From: Klebsormidium nitens
Lineage: Eukaryota > Plantae > Klebsormidiophyceae
Direction: 5' to 3'
Length of the DNA stretch: 64,000 nt
NCBI GenBank assembly: GCA_000708835.1
Contig: DF237030.1
Coordinates: 124,001-188,000, forward strand
Shown: piece by piece, positions 38,701 to 58,570 of the stretch
How the letters are laid out: every line of letters starts with the position of its first letter
Numbering within the stretch: the first letter of the stretch is position 1
Translations under genes and position numbers: made by a program
Notes under the pieces: generated by a model
What the model was told of the DNA's origin: nothing
What the model saw: the letters and a program-made list of their open reading frames with translations, nothing else
Database searches by the model: none

Positions 38701-40483
38701 TAGTACTCGGAAGTGAGAGAAGACAGCTGTCCAGTGGCTGGAGACGCTGCCTCGAACGGTGTCCGCCAGAGGATGGCCTCCTTGCCAAGCGCCAGAAGCT
38801 CAGGCCTGACAAATACGGAGCGTAAGATAAGATGATAAAATGAATTGCTATCGGACAAAAAAGACCCCCGCTGCAGGAGTGAGTCAGAGTCAAAAATTGA
38901 AGCGCCAAACGACGTTTGTATTTATGGTTTGTCGTATCAAGGTGGGTCTGGCAAATCCGTGGCTCTTACTTGGTCACAATAGTATTGTCAAATACATCTG
39001 AGGAACAAGCGGCGAGCAAGGGCAAAACCAGGGACAGCCCTCCAGAAGGCAAGGGGGCATAGGGTTACATGCAAATCGAGATCTGCGACCACTACCGAAG
39101 GCCCTAGTATCTCTACAGAAGCAGAGTGCTTATTACGAGTATCACGTCGACGTTGTGAAATATCCCCCCTGAGAGACAGTCAGTAGACCCATTAGTAATT
39201 GGCTGTTAGTGCCACTATACCAGACACGGTCTCAGTCACTTGCAACTTCACATGAACCCTTTGCACAAACAGAAAGGCCTTCGAAAAAGATCTGCAACAC
39301 CCACCCTTTTGCTTTGGCAGGGGCCGTCCCCCTAGCCCCATCCTGTCCCCCCCGCAATACAGCGCCAGCAAGCCCCCCCGCTTTGACCCATTCCGGCCGC
39401 GTGAGTTCTGCCTCTTCCTTGCCCCCCCGGTTGAGTATGTGGACAAACCCCGATGAGAAAGCCACTGCCAGACGCTCAGGCTCGACGCCGGCCGGGGTCC
39501 ACGATGCGTGAGTGGCTCGAATGACGGGGGCTCCGCGAGCTGGGCCGAGTGCAGAAGAAGCTGGACAAAGAGATCAGTCTTGTTTTAAAGTGTGCAGATG
39601 AATTATAGGTTGCCCTGTTGCTTGCCTACGAGCTGCAAATTGTTCGGACCGCTGCAGATGAGTGTTTGTAAGTTGGGGGTCTCTTTCTTTGAAGTTGTGC
39701 ACAGGTGGTGGTATGGAATCAAAGCTGTCTGAAGAGTCACCTTCACGATGAGAAGAATGTGACCCAAAATCGGACATCTGCATGTCATGGCAGCTTTTGT
39801 CTCTGCTTGTCTCTACTGATCACTAGGAGGCTTAGAAAGTAATTGACCACTCCTCCTTTCTTATAGTATGTTTCTAATCTGCCAATTGAAGTCAAAGGTG
39901 GCTGATATTCAGTCAAGCACAAATACACAACCACCACCATGACGAACATACCTTGGAAGCTGCCCTGCGATCTCTCAAAGTTGTCCTCCTCAGTAAAGAT
40001 GGATGCGGTTGCATCACGGACAAGCGCAACCGCTGTCCCCGATGATGATTGGATGGGCCACCATATAGTTTGTGACTCCTGCACGTTGAAGAAGAGAAAA
40101 GGAACTTGCAGAACCTGAAAGTTTTCCCAACGTGAAAAGAATGTCGAAGGAAACAGCTTGTGATTGTCACTTCAAGATGTGCGTGGTGCTGGTGCTGAAC
40201 GGCCAGCTTTGGCTGTCTTACAAGTGGATTATAGCTGCAGCAACTAGCAGCCATCACGTGATCCAATTTTTGAGACAGGGCTTTTTAGTATCGAGCGTGG
40301 CCAGGACCAGTCATTTGCGCGTTTTGCATTGCATGCTCCATGTAAGCCCCCATCACATGAGGGGCGGTTCTCAAGACCGGTCCAACACATAACCTCTTAC
40401 AGAACAATCCTTACCTCACCACCGTCTTGAGCAAGCTCTGTGTGCTCAAATATTTCGTATAGAAGACGCGCGTCAGCAGCCAT
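26763..40483 (-). CDS. MIP2: MAG2-interacting protein 2 / NBAS (Sec39-domain ER tether subunit)
   Basis: Exons read by hand: 40415-40483 (MAADARLLYEIFEH), 39952-40078, ~39240-39570, 38642-38805, 37372-38003, 35243-36860, 34444-34916, 33562-33911, 32761-32953, 30602-32164, 28219-30221 and 26763-27681; a few small exons remain unresolved. Motifs VAWWSDDAL, WRLTSLVERSP, LLKRHTHSL, RVLRAERHVRAGRILA, AAREYFYSA and LPKLGVELLPLQYKQ match Arabidopsis MIP2/NBAS as recalled. Confidence 0.92.
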
Positions 40484-40979
40484 TCCTGGAATCTGGGGCT
40501 GCACAAGGGGCTGCTCTACCTATTAATATTGTACTACATTGGTTTCAAGGGCGGCCTGGCCTTGAAAACAAAGGAAGCTAGAGTGTGGAGCCGGGGGCAT
40601 CCGCCACCTTTGAACTTCGTGCCTTCGCAAGGCACCACGTTTGAATATTTCACTGTGAGTTTGAGCAATTTTCTCGTGCTGAGTTTTTCCGCTGTCCGAG
40701 GCAGGCACGCGGAGGCCCGCTTACGCTAGATTCTGAAAGCCCGTGATGCTTGACACTGCTTGCACTTCTGCCATGAGACAATGTAGGTAGGTACCTCTGC
40801 TGCATGCAGAACTCTACTAGCGCATGAGCTAGGGAGGCAGTTGAGGCAATCCAGCAAGCTTCTGCATTTCAGGACCATGGCTCCCGGTTATCTAGGCAAC
40901 TTGTTGTTCTACATATTCTGATTTGTGAAGTAGCACCCTCACTTGGGCGGTCGAACGGCGGCCCTCCTTGTCTGCAGGC

Positions 40980-43562
40980 ATGGGGGTACTACCAGTTGTC
41001 AACTTTGTTTTCATGCGGTATGGCAGGGAGGTCGAACGCCGGAGGATAGCTGTTGCCCCAAGCACCACCCTTGGGAGCCTGAAGGTACAGTGGGCGAATA
41101 GAGCCCCGCAGAAGTATCCTGCAGGACTCAGTTGTTATTATGTGAACGTTGAATTGCCAGATGAGTGGCATCCTGCAGCTGGGGAAACGTACACTGTCAT
41201 TGCTGCAGATAGGAGCGATGCGCTGAGAAGAGTCGCTGAGGACGCATCGCAGATTCACCACAAAATCATCAATGCTGGCAGAAAGGATGGGGAAGACGGA
41301 GTGTCTGGCCTCCATGGTTGGCAAGTGCTTTATGCTCCGCAAGGGTTCAATCAGGACGGCCGCTTTCAAAAGGCTGGAGAAGCCAATGCTTATTGGGTGC
41401 TCCATAGGGAGTCGTTTGATGCTCTTGAGAGCGAGGTCCAGGGACTCCTCTTCGATTCACGTCCTTCTAGGAGCTCTTTCCTGTTGTGCGGCCCCATCGG
41501 CAAGAGTCACTGGGTCCTGGCATTTGTTAACAGCCTCATTAGAAGAGCTCATGACCGGTTGGTGGAGAACGAACAGCTGAAACGGGGGAGCGAACCTGCT
41601 GGAAAAACAGGACGAGAAGTCCGCTTTCGAGTAGTTCCGGTCCTGGACTGTCGAGAACTGCAGCACAACTTCACGCTGGCACTTGTAAGGGGGTTGTCCA
41701 TAGCTTTTGGAGATGATCAGCAAGCACTTGATGAGATCTGCCAACTAGAGACTGCAAAGCAGTTCCGAAGCTTTGTGGCTTGTCAGCCAGCAAGGGTGCT
41801 CTTTGTGCTCGACCAGTACGAGTGTGTCCTCGAACCGGGCAACGACACTCTGAAAGGATAAGTGGAGACGCTCTTGTTTGATCAGAGGTCTTTGCTCGTT
41901 GCTAGTGCTAGCAGTATGGCAGTGAGAAAGTTGGTTTCAGCTTCTCACAAGTACCACAAGTGGGTCCAGCTCGACCCCGCTCTCACAAAGGTAAGAATTA
42001 CCCATTACTAAATCCCAATTACCCTTGACTAAATCCCAAACAACAATCTTGAAAACTTGCATTACGTTCTTCTCTGGGCGGCCTTCATCTGGTGGTGGGA
42101 TTGATCCACCAACAATTCCCCTCCTGACTCGATCTATTGTGTCTCGTTTGCAACCAATCAAGGGGCAACGGAGTACAGATTTTGTCGGCAATCATTCGCG
42201 CGAGATGCTTTACCACTATCTTTGTCACAGACACGCTCTCATCAACTGTCTTTAGAGATCTGGCTGCTGTCTTGGTGGCCTGCGGCTGCTTCCATGACCG
42301 TTGACTCGAAAAGTGTCTGACGTTTACGACTGCGTTCAGCACAAGATGCTTGGCGCCACCAAGTTGCCCCTCATGTTTTGCCTAATCATGTGGGATAAGG
42401 ACACCCTTCTGACTGCTCCAACTGACCGCAACTTATCCATTTGCAGAAGGACCTGTTTGCTTGGAACCTGGTGTTTGGGACGAAGGCCGTGCTAACCGAG
42501 GAGCGATACCGGGACTGGCTGGAAATCCTGGACAGGAACCCGCTTCTGCTACATGCATGGTACACGACATGCAGGGAGGCAGGGGTACCCGTGCGGAGTA
42601 TCGAGGGTAAAAGTGAGGAGGAGGCGGCTGAAATATTGGAACAGGTCAGTCATGAAGGATGTCGTTACATAAGCAGTGGCAATTGTTGATGATATGCTTT
42701 TGCCCTTGTAATGATTGGTAGATCTTGAAAAAGGTTTTTGAAAGGAGAATCTTTGAGCGTCTGGCATGCCACTGTGAACCAGTCACAGCCCTGCGCCCTT
42801 CACTTTTCTATCCATGAACGACGGATTGTTCCAGCATTTCTACAGGTCTGCTAATCCGGGGCCGTTCAGAAGTTCCAACGCTTCTGATTGTTTGATGGGC
42901 TGGTCTATCTTGACGCTGTCCATCGTCTGATTCAGGCTTCGCGAGCAGCAAGGGCGGAGGTGGATGTCGAGGGTTCGGCGGGGGAAGTCTCTACAGGGAT
43001 TGAATGCGGTGGATGAGATAGAAAAAACGGGGCCGAGCAGGCGTTCAAGAACCAGACTAACTCTTCGAGAAAGCGGCAGCGCTATGAAAAGGGTTTGGTA
43101 GAAGATTACGGGGAATGGTCTGCTGAGGGGCGGAAGCCAGAGGCATGGCAACCAGGCCTTGGCCAATCGAAGCCTATCAGGGAGCCACGAGAGTTATCTG
43201 GTGAAGCAGCCTCAGGGGGAGGGGACGAGGGGATGTCTCGATGGCCTTCCTTTGAGGATCTGCATGCAAGGTTCCTTCAGCATGAAAACGTGCAACAAAT
43301 ATATGCCGGTTTCCAGAGAAGCTATGCAGAGGCAAAGAGCGAAGGAGAATTCTCGGTTAAAACGTGGAAGACGACGCACCTGGACCTACTGATGAGCGGC
43401 GAAAACTTTCAAAGGGTCAGTGGCATCGGCCGCATCTGTGGTCGGCACTTTGAGCTTGATAGGTCCGGGTTTCGAGCCAGACCTACGAGCACTTTGGTGA
43501 GGAAGTTCTTGGCGCGATTCCTAGAGCAAATAGCAGAGAGCGGGGACGACACTTCTGACTGA
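40980..43562 (+). pseudogene. Crinkler-like protein: ubiquitin-like header + CR-NTPase-like domain, with in-frame TAA
   Basis: Exons ~40978-41990, 42447-42644 and 43080-43562 are phase-consistent. The N-terminus VNFVFMRYG...STTLGSLK...LSCYYVNVEL is Ubl-like. FLLCGPIGKSHWVLAFV is a shortened Walker A, followed by RVVPVLDC, VLFVLDQYE (Walker B-like), LVASASS and RNPLLL. TAA at 41859-41861 interrupts an otherwise open frame up to the donor at 41991. Confidence 0.6.
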
Positions 43563-44931
43563 GTCCGACATTGTTAGCTTTTGGATTAGTCAAAATCAAA
43601 TACCTGGGCCCGTGGCGGTGACCGGTGCAAGATCGAGATCATCTTGCTTCGACTTTTGTTTTATGCGATGTGGGTTTGGGCCAACCTCTGAAAGGTTTCC
43701 AGCACTGGCAACAAGCATACCTTGTAATCCATTTTGTGGAAAGGTTTCGACAAGCGGTGCGCGTGTTTGAGGGGACAACGACGTACATGGAGCTTCGTAT
43801 ATGTATATCCATGGCATCATCTCTCCGCGAGGCTCGCGGCTGCGCCATGGGCCGCATATCATATATGACTGCTACTAGCAGGCATGCAAAGAGCTGACGG
43901 TCACTATGATAAGATGAGGTGCTTTCAGATATCAGGTTTTGCACGGCCCGCGTGCAGCCGTCATTCGAGTTTATACGTCTCAATGCATGTGCTAATATAT
44001 ATACAAACCAGGCGCCATGAAAGTCCAAGAGTCATGCATGATCCCAGATGAAGCGCTTAATCCCGGCAGACGTGCCCCGCCCAACTCAACTTTTATATAG
44101 CTAACTAGAGTGCATGACAGCGAGCATGTCACTGATACTAGACGATCCGGCAGAATGATGACGGTGGTCACTACAATATAAATCGCCGGGCCGGCGGTAT
44201 GGCCCAACAGCCTGTCAAGCATGCCCGTTCTCGCGCCACCACCTTGAGTCTAGTATAAGATTTAAGACTTCCGACGGTGGGCCCGAGTCAAAATCTTACA
44301 ATACCCTTCTAGTGTTTGTCGATCCTGCCCTGCCGCCGCATCCTTCAATGCAACATGGGGTTATGAAGGATCACGACCAATCGATTGACGTTGCCGTCAT
44401 AAGCTTATTGCAGTTTCGATTCTCAGAGCGAGTCTGTAAGACCTGGTGAATTCCTCCATATTCTCGACGATCGGACGACAACTAGCGCTATATATACCTT
44501 CCGACCGTATGAGGCTGTAGAAGTCTTGAGAATGTTCCCAGTGCGTTCAAACGACCGCTTCCTGCACTGGCCAGCCTCCAAATCTAAAAACTTTCTTGCG
44601 GCATATACAAGATTCGTTTTTGCGCATTATGCGTGCTTGAATTACAACATCTTTGCCCGCATTCATTTGTGGACAACACAATTGGTCTGTTCAACCCAAA
44701 AGCACAGGAATCAACCAGTTGCCTAAGAAAACTACGTGTTGAGGTCGTCGACTGCTTCCCCTGCAACAGCAAGCGACGCGTTACCGGTCAGTATGATGCC
44801 TGGCTACTAACTTGCCATTGACATATCAAGCGGGCCCGACACTATCTCGCGTGAATCAAACCAGTGGGGCATTGAGGCTTTCAACGACAGCTTTCGAATA
44901 TGGTGACCGAGGATTGTTAGGGGGAACGCCG

Positions 44932-51499
<6,568 letters not shown>

Positions 51500-52292
51500 A
51501 GCGGACTCCCTTCAAGAAGATGGCGCTCGTGAAAGCCTTGGAAAGATCCTGTGAAGAAAAGCAAGGAGCAAAGCTGTTTTGGAGCTGATCCAAAGACTTT
51601 GGCCTGTGCAAAATGAGGGGCAAAATGAGGTGCACACGGCAGGGGAGATTCGGAATCAGGGCAACGTAGCAGAGACCGCCAGGTGTCCACCAGAATACGG
51701 CAGACGCTTCTTTGAGTGCCATTTGTCGTTCTCGTAGTGGCGTGAAGACATATGGTCATTGAGACTCTACAAGCCGTCGATTGTATTGCTCTGCAAGGTG
51801 TGCGTATCGCATCGCACGGTGCAGATGCTGGGTGGCGTTCGCAAACAAAACCCACCGGTTACGCGCGTTGTTTAACCTGAAGCGAACTTTGGCCGCCTTT
51901 TTCGACTTTGAAATTCTCAGCCATCATCTTTTCTCAGATTGCCTGGGCGGCGCCTGTCAGTGTCAGTGTAAGTAGTCCATCTTTGTCACACATCCAGCGT
52001 TGCTGCAGCAGATTGCAGCAGCATTGCGGCATTTCAATTGCGCAGCACGAGCAAGTCACATAGGCAGCATTGCATATTTGCAGGGTGTTTGTGTCTTGTG
52101 CGATCGCCAGTTTTCTTTGTCTGTTGCACTCCAATCACAAGATGCTTGTTCATCTATCGGTTTGGTTTCTGCGGAGCGCGGCACTTGTGACCGCCATTCC
52201 CCTAATGCTGAGGGGGGTGGTTCGCTTATGGCATCAGGGGATGGATCTCTTAACCATCTGGAGGACGGCAGGGCCCGCCCTGGCCTCTCACA

Positions 52293-52317
52293 TTAGGGTT
52301 TCACGAAATTAGGGTTT
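52293..52317. promoter_or_regulatory. Tandem telo-boxes (TTAGGGTTT x2) with nearby GGGCCC
   Basis: TTAGGGTTT at 52293-52301 and 52309-52317; GGGCCC at 52271-52276. They lie in the divergent BAM2/DRC5 intergenic region about 200 bp upstream of the DRC5 ATG. Confidence 0.45.
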
Positions 52318-52509
52318 GAACAAGATCCTGCTCACCAACAATCCAAAGAAGCAATTTCACAACGGCATCAGTGGCTCAAGCAAGCTATCCTTACGTACTC
52401 AAGCAGCGAGTGGGTGATCAGAGGCGGAAGCCTTGAGAGAACGAAATCATGCAATCAAGTAGGGAGGGCACATGATGATCATTCTTTAGAGAGAGTAACC
52501 ATCCTAGCA

Positions 52510-55500
52510 ATGGCAGAACCGCGCCTCAGTGAGAGTGGGGCCCCCATCCCCCAGGAGAAGCCCGCCACTCCGGGCCTCTCTCGACTCAGCACCTCTCGTT
52601 CCCCGCCCCCAGACAACCCCACGTCAGAGGCTTCTAGAAAAGCCACCCCCACGCCACCACCTGGAACCGCCCCAGGCACTCAGAGCAACCCCTTCTCACG
52701 CCTCAGGTCTCTCTCCCGGCGGCCGTCCACCCAGCCAGGCCCTGCCGGGGGCGACGCAGACGAATTAGCAGGGAGCAATGGGGCGGCCGAGCGGGAAACA
52801 AGGCCCCAGCGGCCATTTATCGTGCCCCAGCTGACAGAGCTGTGCGTGAACACGATTTCGGCCAGCTTTGAGCAGCGACCGACGTTTGGGAAGATGCCGG
52901 ACAAGTTTGTGAAAGCCGTGACGAAGCGGGTGGCGCTGGATCTGCCGCTGGAAGTGGCGGGCCAGGTGAGGGCTGTGAGCTGAGATAAACGATGATCGCT
53001 CGAGGATTGAGCTGGTCACTAGATGATCAAAGAGCATACGGCAGAATATGCCAGCTGACTCTCAATTTTCTTTCACCATTCCGTTCACTGTCGAAGTGTT
53101 ATTGTGAGCTGCAGGGTTGTTATGAAAGGGAGATGAGGACGAGCAAGTTTGATCATAATGAAGGACTCGGGGTTGCTAGACGTCGAGGTCGATCAGGACC
53201 ATCAGGATCCTGATGTATGCCAGAGTAACGAGACCTTGCTCTGCACCTTTTTGATTGCTGATCATCGAACCCAGCTCAGTCCCGAATAAAAACTTACAGA
53301 AGCCACCAGGAAAGTCCACAATAAAGCTGTCTTATCAATAGAGGGTGGCTTACAACTTAGCATAGGGTCAACATGTTAGCTTATCTTTCATATCTGCCGC
53401 AGGCCAATAACGAACAGCTTGCTTCTACCAATTATTGAGCTTTCATTCCCTCCACCACATCAACTTGCATATACGATGTTCAATCAGTTGCTTGAACAGG
53501 CGCCATGATCCATGCCGGTTTGCGCAGCGAATGCAGAGAATCTGTCTTCGGCCGAGCAATTGTCACTCAGCTCGTTTATGGTTGAGCCTGATTGTTCCTT
53601 TTACGTAAGTGGAACACGGAACAGACTTTGAGGATCCAGATAGACCTTCATCCTGTCGATCTCTCCAGCTGATCGAGGATGAGGACTACTGGCGCAGGCG
53701 CACTGCGCTGCGGTGGCGCAACTGCGACGTGAGTGTCCTGGGAAAGACGTGGAAGCAGCTCTATATGGAGCGGAACCTAGAAGCTGCCCTCGAAAGGTGA
53801 GGCTCTGTTTATTCACCCTTTTTTGGACACTTTGTCTTACTGTGCCGTTTGTAGCGAATGCTAGTTCGGCTCGGCGATGCACCTAGCGGTGAGCTGCTTC
53901 AATTGCGGGCCAGGTGGGTATCAGAAACCGAGCCCGTAGGAACGCAAGCAGAACGGGAAGATTTCCAGCTGCTTTCCTTCCGAGGTCGTGCAAAACAGTG
54001 TTGAGATTCGAAGCCGCACCTTAAACTGAGGACTGTCTACGTCAAGCGTCTGCTTTTCCTAAACGGGGGTATTTTTGAGCTTCCCTTCTACTCTGGGTGC
54101 ACCAGGACTCGAGCGTTAGTGGGCAGGGTAATCTGCTTGGAGCAGCTGACCATCTTGAGCCCGGACCTGGCATCGAAGCAGCTCGGAAGCCTGCTTTAGG
54201 CTGACAGAAAATGAGCCCGGAATGACTTTCGAACCAGCTTCGAAGCCTGCTGAAAGGAACCATGATCGATTCGAGCTTGCTCGTTCTTTGATGTTGTGCT
54301 GATGCAAAAGATCGATGTTGCGCGCTTCGACCGGAATTTCTTCCAAATACCGCAAAGAATCCTGACCCTCATTCTTCCAGACGGTCGCCCTCTTCCAAAT
54401 CGCTAACCGTTATCTCAACAAGCCTCGCTTCGTAGCATCCGCTGCTTTCGTGAACATAGAGGAATGCACATGTTTCGAGAACATCATCCAGCCTCCTTGT
54501 AACGCCAAAGACTATTCGCCGCCGTTCCGGTTCGACTATCCGTTCCGCTTTGCAGTTACGACCCCGCCGTGACGGAACTGGAGTCCCTGCGGCAACTCGT
54601 CGCATTTGCGGCGCCCTTTGTGCAACAGCTGGTCATCAAGCAGCTGCCGTCGCACCTGGACCTGGGCATTCTTTTCGAGGGGTTCCTCGGAAAGTGAGCT
54701 CGTTTCACTGCTGATTCTTGTCTGGTAAAAAGAAGAGTTAGCCATGTTCTTTCCCTCGGAGATTGAAAAGCTCTCGCCATATGTCCGCTGTAGAGGACAC
54801 ATTGGAGCTTCGCCAACCGAGGCTCCGCTTGGATCGGGGTTCTCGGAAAGACAGTCCTTTCCTCCTCACAGCAAACAGAACTCGTCCTCCCAATGCAGCG
54901 TTCTCCAGTCGCTGTCCGTTTCATACGGCCTCCGCAATGTGGGCATGGACTACACGAGCGACCTATTCGGCATGAAGCTGGCCGACTGCCGCGCGCTCGC
55001 GGCCGCGCTCCCGCGCGCGCGCGCGCTCACCGCCCTGGCGCTCGCGAACGACGTCCTGGACGACGACAAGGTCAAGGCGCTCGCGGCCGGGCTGGCCGAC
55101 AACCGGACGGTTACCAAGCTTGACCTGAGCCATAACAAGGTGGGTTCGCGACAGTAGCTGGTCAGGCGAAGTAACTGCGTCTAGTTTGCGGGAAAAACAG
55201 CGGTGAGACCCAACTCTGCAGAAGTCAGATGTTTCTGCTATGAAATCACGGTTTGCAACGAGAAGACAGAAGAGCACTAAATTTGGACTCTGTGTAACCC
55301 GGAAAAAGAATGAGGTTTCTCGACGATCGTTTCGGCCTAAATGGAGATGCCGGCTTTTGCAGGGCTGCACTCCTTTCAAGGAGATTTTGGATTAAGCAAT
55401 TGCTTATTGTAGGCTTTCCAGATAGAACTTTCAACATCGTAATGTTGCTCGCTATTTGGAAAGTTCATCTTCTTCGAGATCTGGCTCTTGACTTACAGAC

Positions 55501-57378
55501 AAGGGCTGTTGGTTGCTGAGACGGACAATCCCGCGTAACCCCTCGTCCTTGAGATCGACGGTCCGCAGAATTCGAAGGATACGGGAATATCTACTGCTCT
55601 GACGTCCCTCATCATGGCAATCTGCAGATTGGGGACCGAGGGGCGCGCGCCCTCGCGAAGGCGCTCGATGAGAAGAGCGTCCTGACCACGCTCAACCTTT
55701 GCGACAACAAAGTGGGAGCGGAGGGTGAGACCCCGACCGACATACTGAGAATGTAGAAGCACATGATTTGACATTATTTCCTCACAAGTCTCGACGGACT
55801 TTAGATTTTCAGCGGATACTGAAGCTTCAAGCCGCTGAAGAGCAAGCGAACTAAGACCAATTCCCATCCTACCCTTATCTGCGCACTCAGTGTCGGCGAT
55901 TAGGCTCTGCCTTGTCACTCTTTACGTTGTCACTTTTTGCGTACACCAGTTGCCTGCAAGTCTCGAACTCTGTATAACTGCTTAAGTGTCCTGACCGGGT
56001 GAAGATTGTCCCCGCTCCAGGAGGCAAGGCGCTCGCGCGCGTGCTCCAGACCAGCCCCTCGCTGACGTCACTCAACCTTCGGCTGAACAGCCTGGGCGAC
56101 GAAGGTGGCGCGCACATCGGGCAGGCGCTCGCCGAAAACAGCACACTGAAAGTGAGGATCCTGTCTTCTTCGAGACGTTTGCTTGAGACTTTCAGAACTC
56201 ACTTCTGAACATTCTTGCAAAATTGTTTCCAGAAAAGATGGACGTAGGCAATGCTCTTGCAGAGAGTTCAGCTTTGTGTAGATGCTTGGTCGGAAGTCTG
56301 TCTAACCTAGCTGTGGGACCTTGAAAACGAGAAGGCTTCTATCAGAGCGGACGGATGAGCTGCGCATCTGCAGCTTTGGCGGATGACAGTGACGACTGAC
56401 TCGACTAACGTTTGGGAGGGAGTGCGCAGGCTCACGAATTTGACTCTAGGGCGTGTTGAGAAGCGCTCGCTTGAATTCACATGCTAAAACTCGGATGGCC
56501 ACAGATGATTGCCACCCGTCATCTCAATGCTCAGTAGAATCTCACGAATGCGAGAGATGCGACTTGCAAAGATTTGCTTTTCAAAGATTCTCACGACCTC
56601 TGCCGTCCGCTCGCTTCTGTGCCTTTTTTGTCAACCGCAACGTCATCGCCGTTGAGCATGACTGGTCAGTGCTCCTAACAGCCCGCCAATTGGCCCCCGA
56701 AAACCTCTCGACAAGGCCTAGTAGTCGGTCTTATGAAAGTAACACGAATGTTGCTCAAAGTTGTCCCCTTTTTCCTCGAACAGGCCTTGCATCTGGGCAG
56801 CAACTTTTTGGGCCGTGGAGCAATTGCCGCCATAGCCGACGCCCTCCAGACGAACAAGGCCCTCCCGCTGGCGTCATTGGACGTCACGTGTAACCCGGAC
56901 ATTGGCGTGGAAGGAGGGCAGCTCTTGAGAGAAGCGCTGGTGAGACCACGTGTCATCTTTCGGTTGGACTGATGTTGCTTTCGCAAGCACGGTCTGAGTG
57001 GCTTCGTTGCAATGGGCAGATCTCAAGATGAGGCGAGGGAGTAAACCGACTTTTAAGTGCAGCGCCTCAGAGACACGAGCGTTCACATCTAACGATGCAG
57101 GCTCGTCATTGGTGATTGAGCATTGACGACGGAGCGAGATTGTGTGATGTCACCTGCGCAACGCATCTAGCAGCTGGTTTTGCGCGCTTCTATGCTTATT
57201 CGGGGCAACGAGCTTTTTGTTGCAGTCTCAATGTTGAAGCCGCCTTGAGGAGCAGTCTGATTGCATTTTTCCGTTTGAGCAGGAACAAGCCACGAGTGTA
57301 AAAGAGTGCGACGTCAGGCTATCGAACATGGGGGAGGACACAGAAGCCGCGATTGCGGCATATGTAGAGTCTAGATAG
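52510..57378 (+). CDS. DRC5: Dynein regulatory complex subunit 5 / TCTE1 (RNI-like LRR)
   Basis: Phase-consistent exons 52510-52965, 53669-53796, 54556-54693, 54899-55139, 55628-55724, 56021-56151, 56784-56939 and 57283-57378. Motifs LIEDEDYWRRR..RWRNC, WKQLYMERNL, LPSHLDL, YGLRNVGMDY...FGMKL.DC, LDLSHNKIGDRGARALAK and LNLRLNSLGDEGG match TCTE1/DRC5 as recalled. Confidence 0.9.
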
Positions 57379-58570
57379 ATCAATTCCGGTAGTAGAGATC
57401 ATTTATGGTAGAACAAGTTTGGCGCGCAGCAGGCCCCTGTCTACGAAGCATTGGTTGGACATACAGGTAGACGTTAAGGCCAACGTACGGTTCTATAATG
57501 AGATAGGTTCATCCAAATAAGTGTGAAGGCTCTTTCCAAAAATTGCTTTGACCTCGCTTTGACCAACTGCTAGGACATGTGCAACAGGATTTACGAGCGG
57601 ATAAACAAGCCAAACAATTGGACACTTTAGCTGAGCAAGATTGTAAGCTGTATGATAGACCGGGTAAACGGCAGACGTTGAACGGGGATCCTTTTCAGAC
57701 AATGCACTTTCAGAGTCAATCCGATTGCAATCGAGTTTCATGACATTTTTCGTATCCCTGAATCCTGCTGGCCGGTGGAATTCTTAGACAAGTTATAACA
57801 GACTACGAATGTGTTTATTTGCAATGGAGCTTGTCCCGGGTGCAGCCCTACGAGTGCCTCATGCAAGGTAAACCACATGCATTATGCAGATTGATTGAGT
57901 GATGCACTCAGGTACGTACCGCGTTGACTGGTATCCGTCTTTGCTGGCAGTCTCATCATTACTCTCCAATGCACTGTACAGCCAACAATCATGATTCTCA
58001 GATTCTTGGAAAGGTAAAAACCTTGGACTCTGAACGGCTTGAAACCTTGGAGAGTTGGTAATTACGGAGGAAATTTCAAGTTTCAACTTCGGCAGATACG
58101 GAGATACGCTTAAACTCGCGAATCCACTAACTTGAAGGCAAATGCCACAAACACATGTGTCATAGCCTATAGATACGGTACATCATACACATGTGACAAG
58201 CTTGAATCGCTGTTTTCTTTGCGACGTCTCCATGGGGCCCAGATTCTCTCAGAATCTCTGTTTCTCTCTTTCTCTCTTTTCACTTGTTCCAGTTTCCTAG
58301 CTTTGCAGATGCCGAGCTCTCCAATTCTAAAATTTGGCTTTTTGAAATGATGCTCTTGAACAGCACAGCTTGCAAGGCGAGAGGTGGTCAGGCGTGCGGC
58401 GAAGCGTGAATGGTGGGGGAAGACTGAGTGATATTGAGTGAAAAAGCGGGCAGCATTGCTTCAGGGGCATCAACGAGAGAAGCAGGGGTAGGAGTAGGAC
58501 TAGAAATCTATAAGCTGGAAAAACCCCCGCCGTAGAAGATCTTTTCCTGAGTTGTTAGTCACTAAGTCAG

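Noticed and set aside
44250-44312. Imperfect inverted repeat followed by CTAG|T (Helitron 3' end or MITE)
   Set aside because: The arms are AT-rich and mismatched, there is no compact GC hairpin, and no matching 5' end or second copy was found in the window.
43600-44800. Short ORFs between the Crinkler-like gene and BAM2
   Set aside because: No family motifs and no consistent splice chain.
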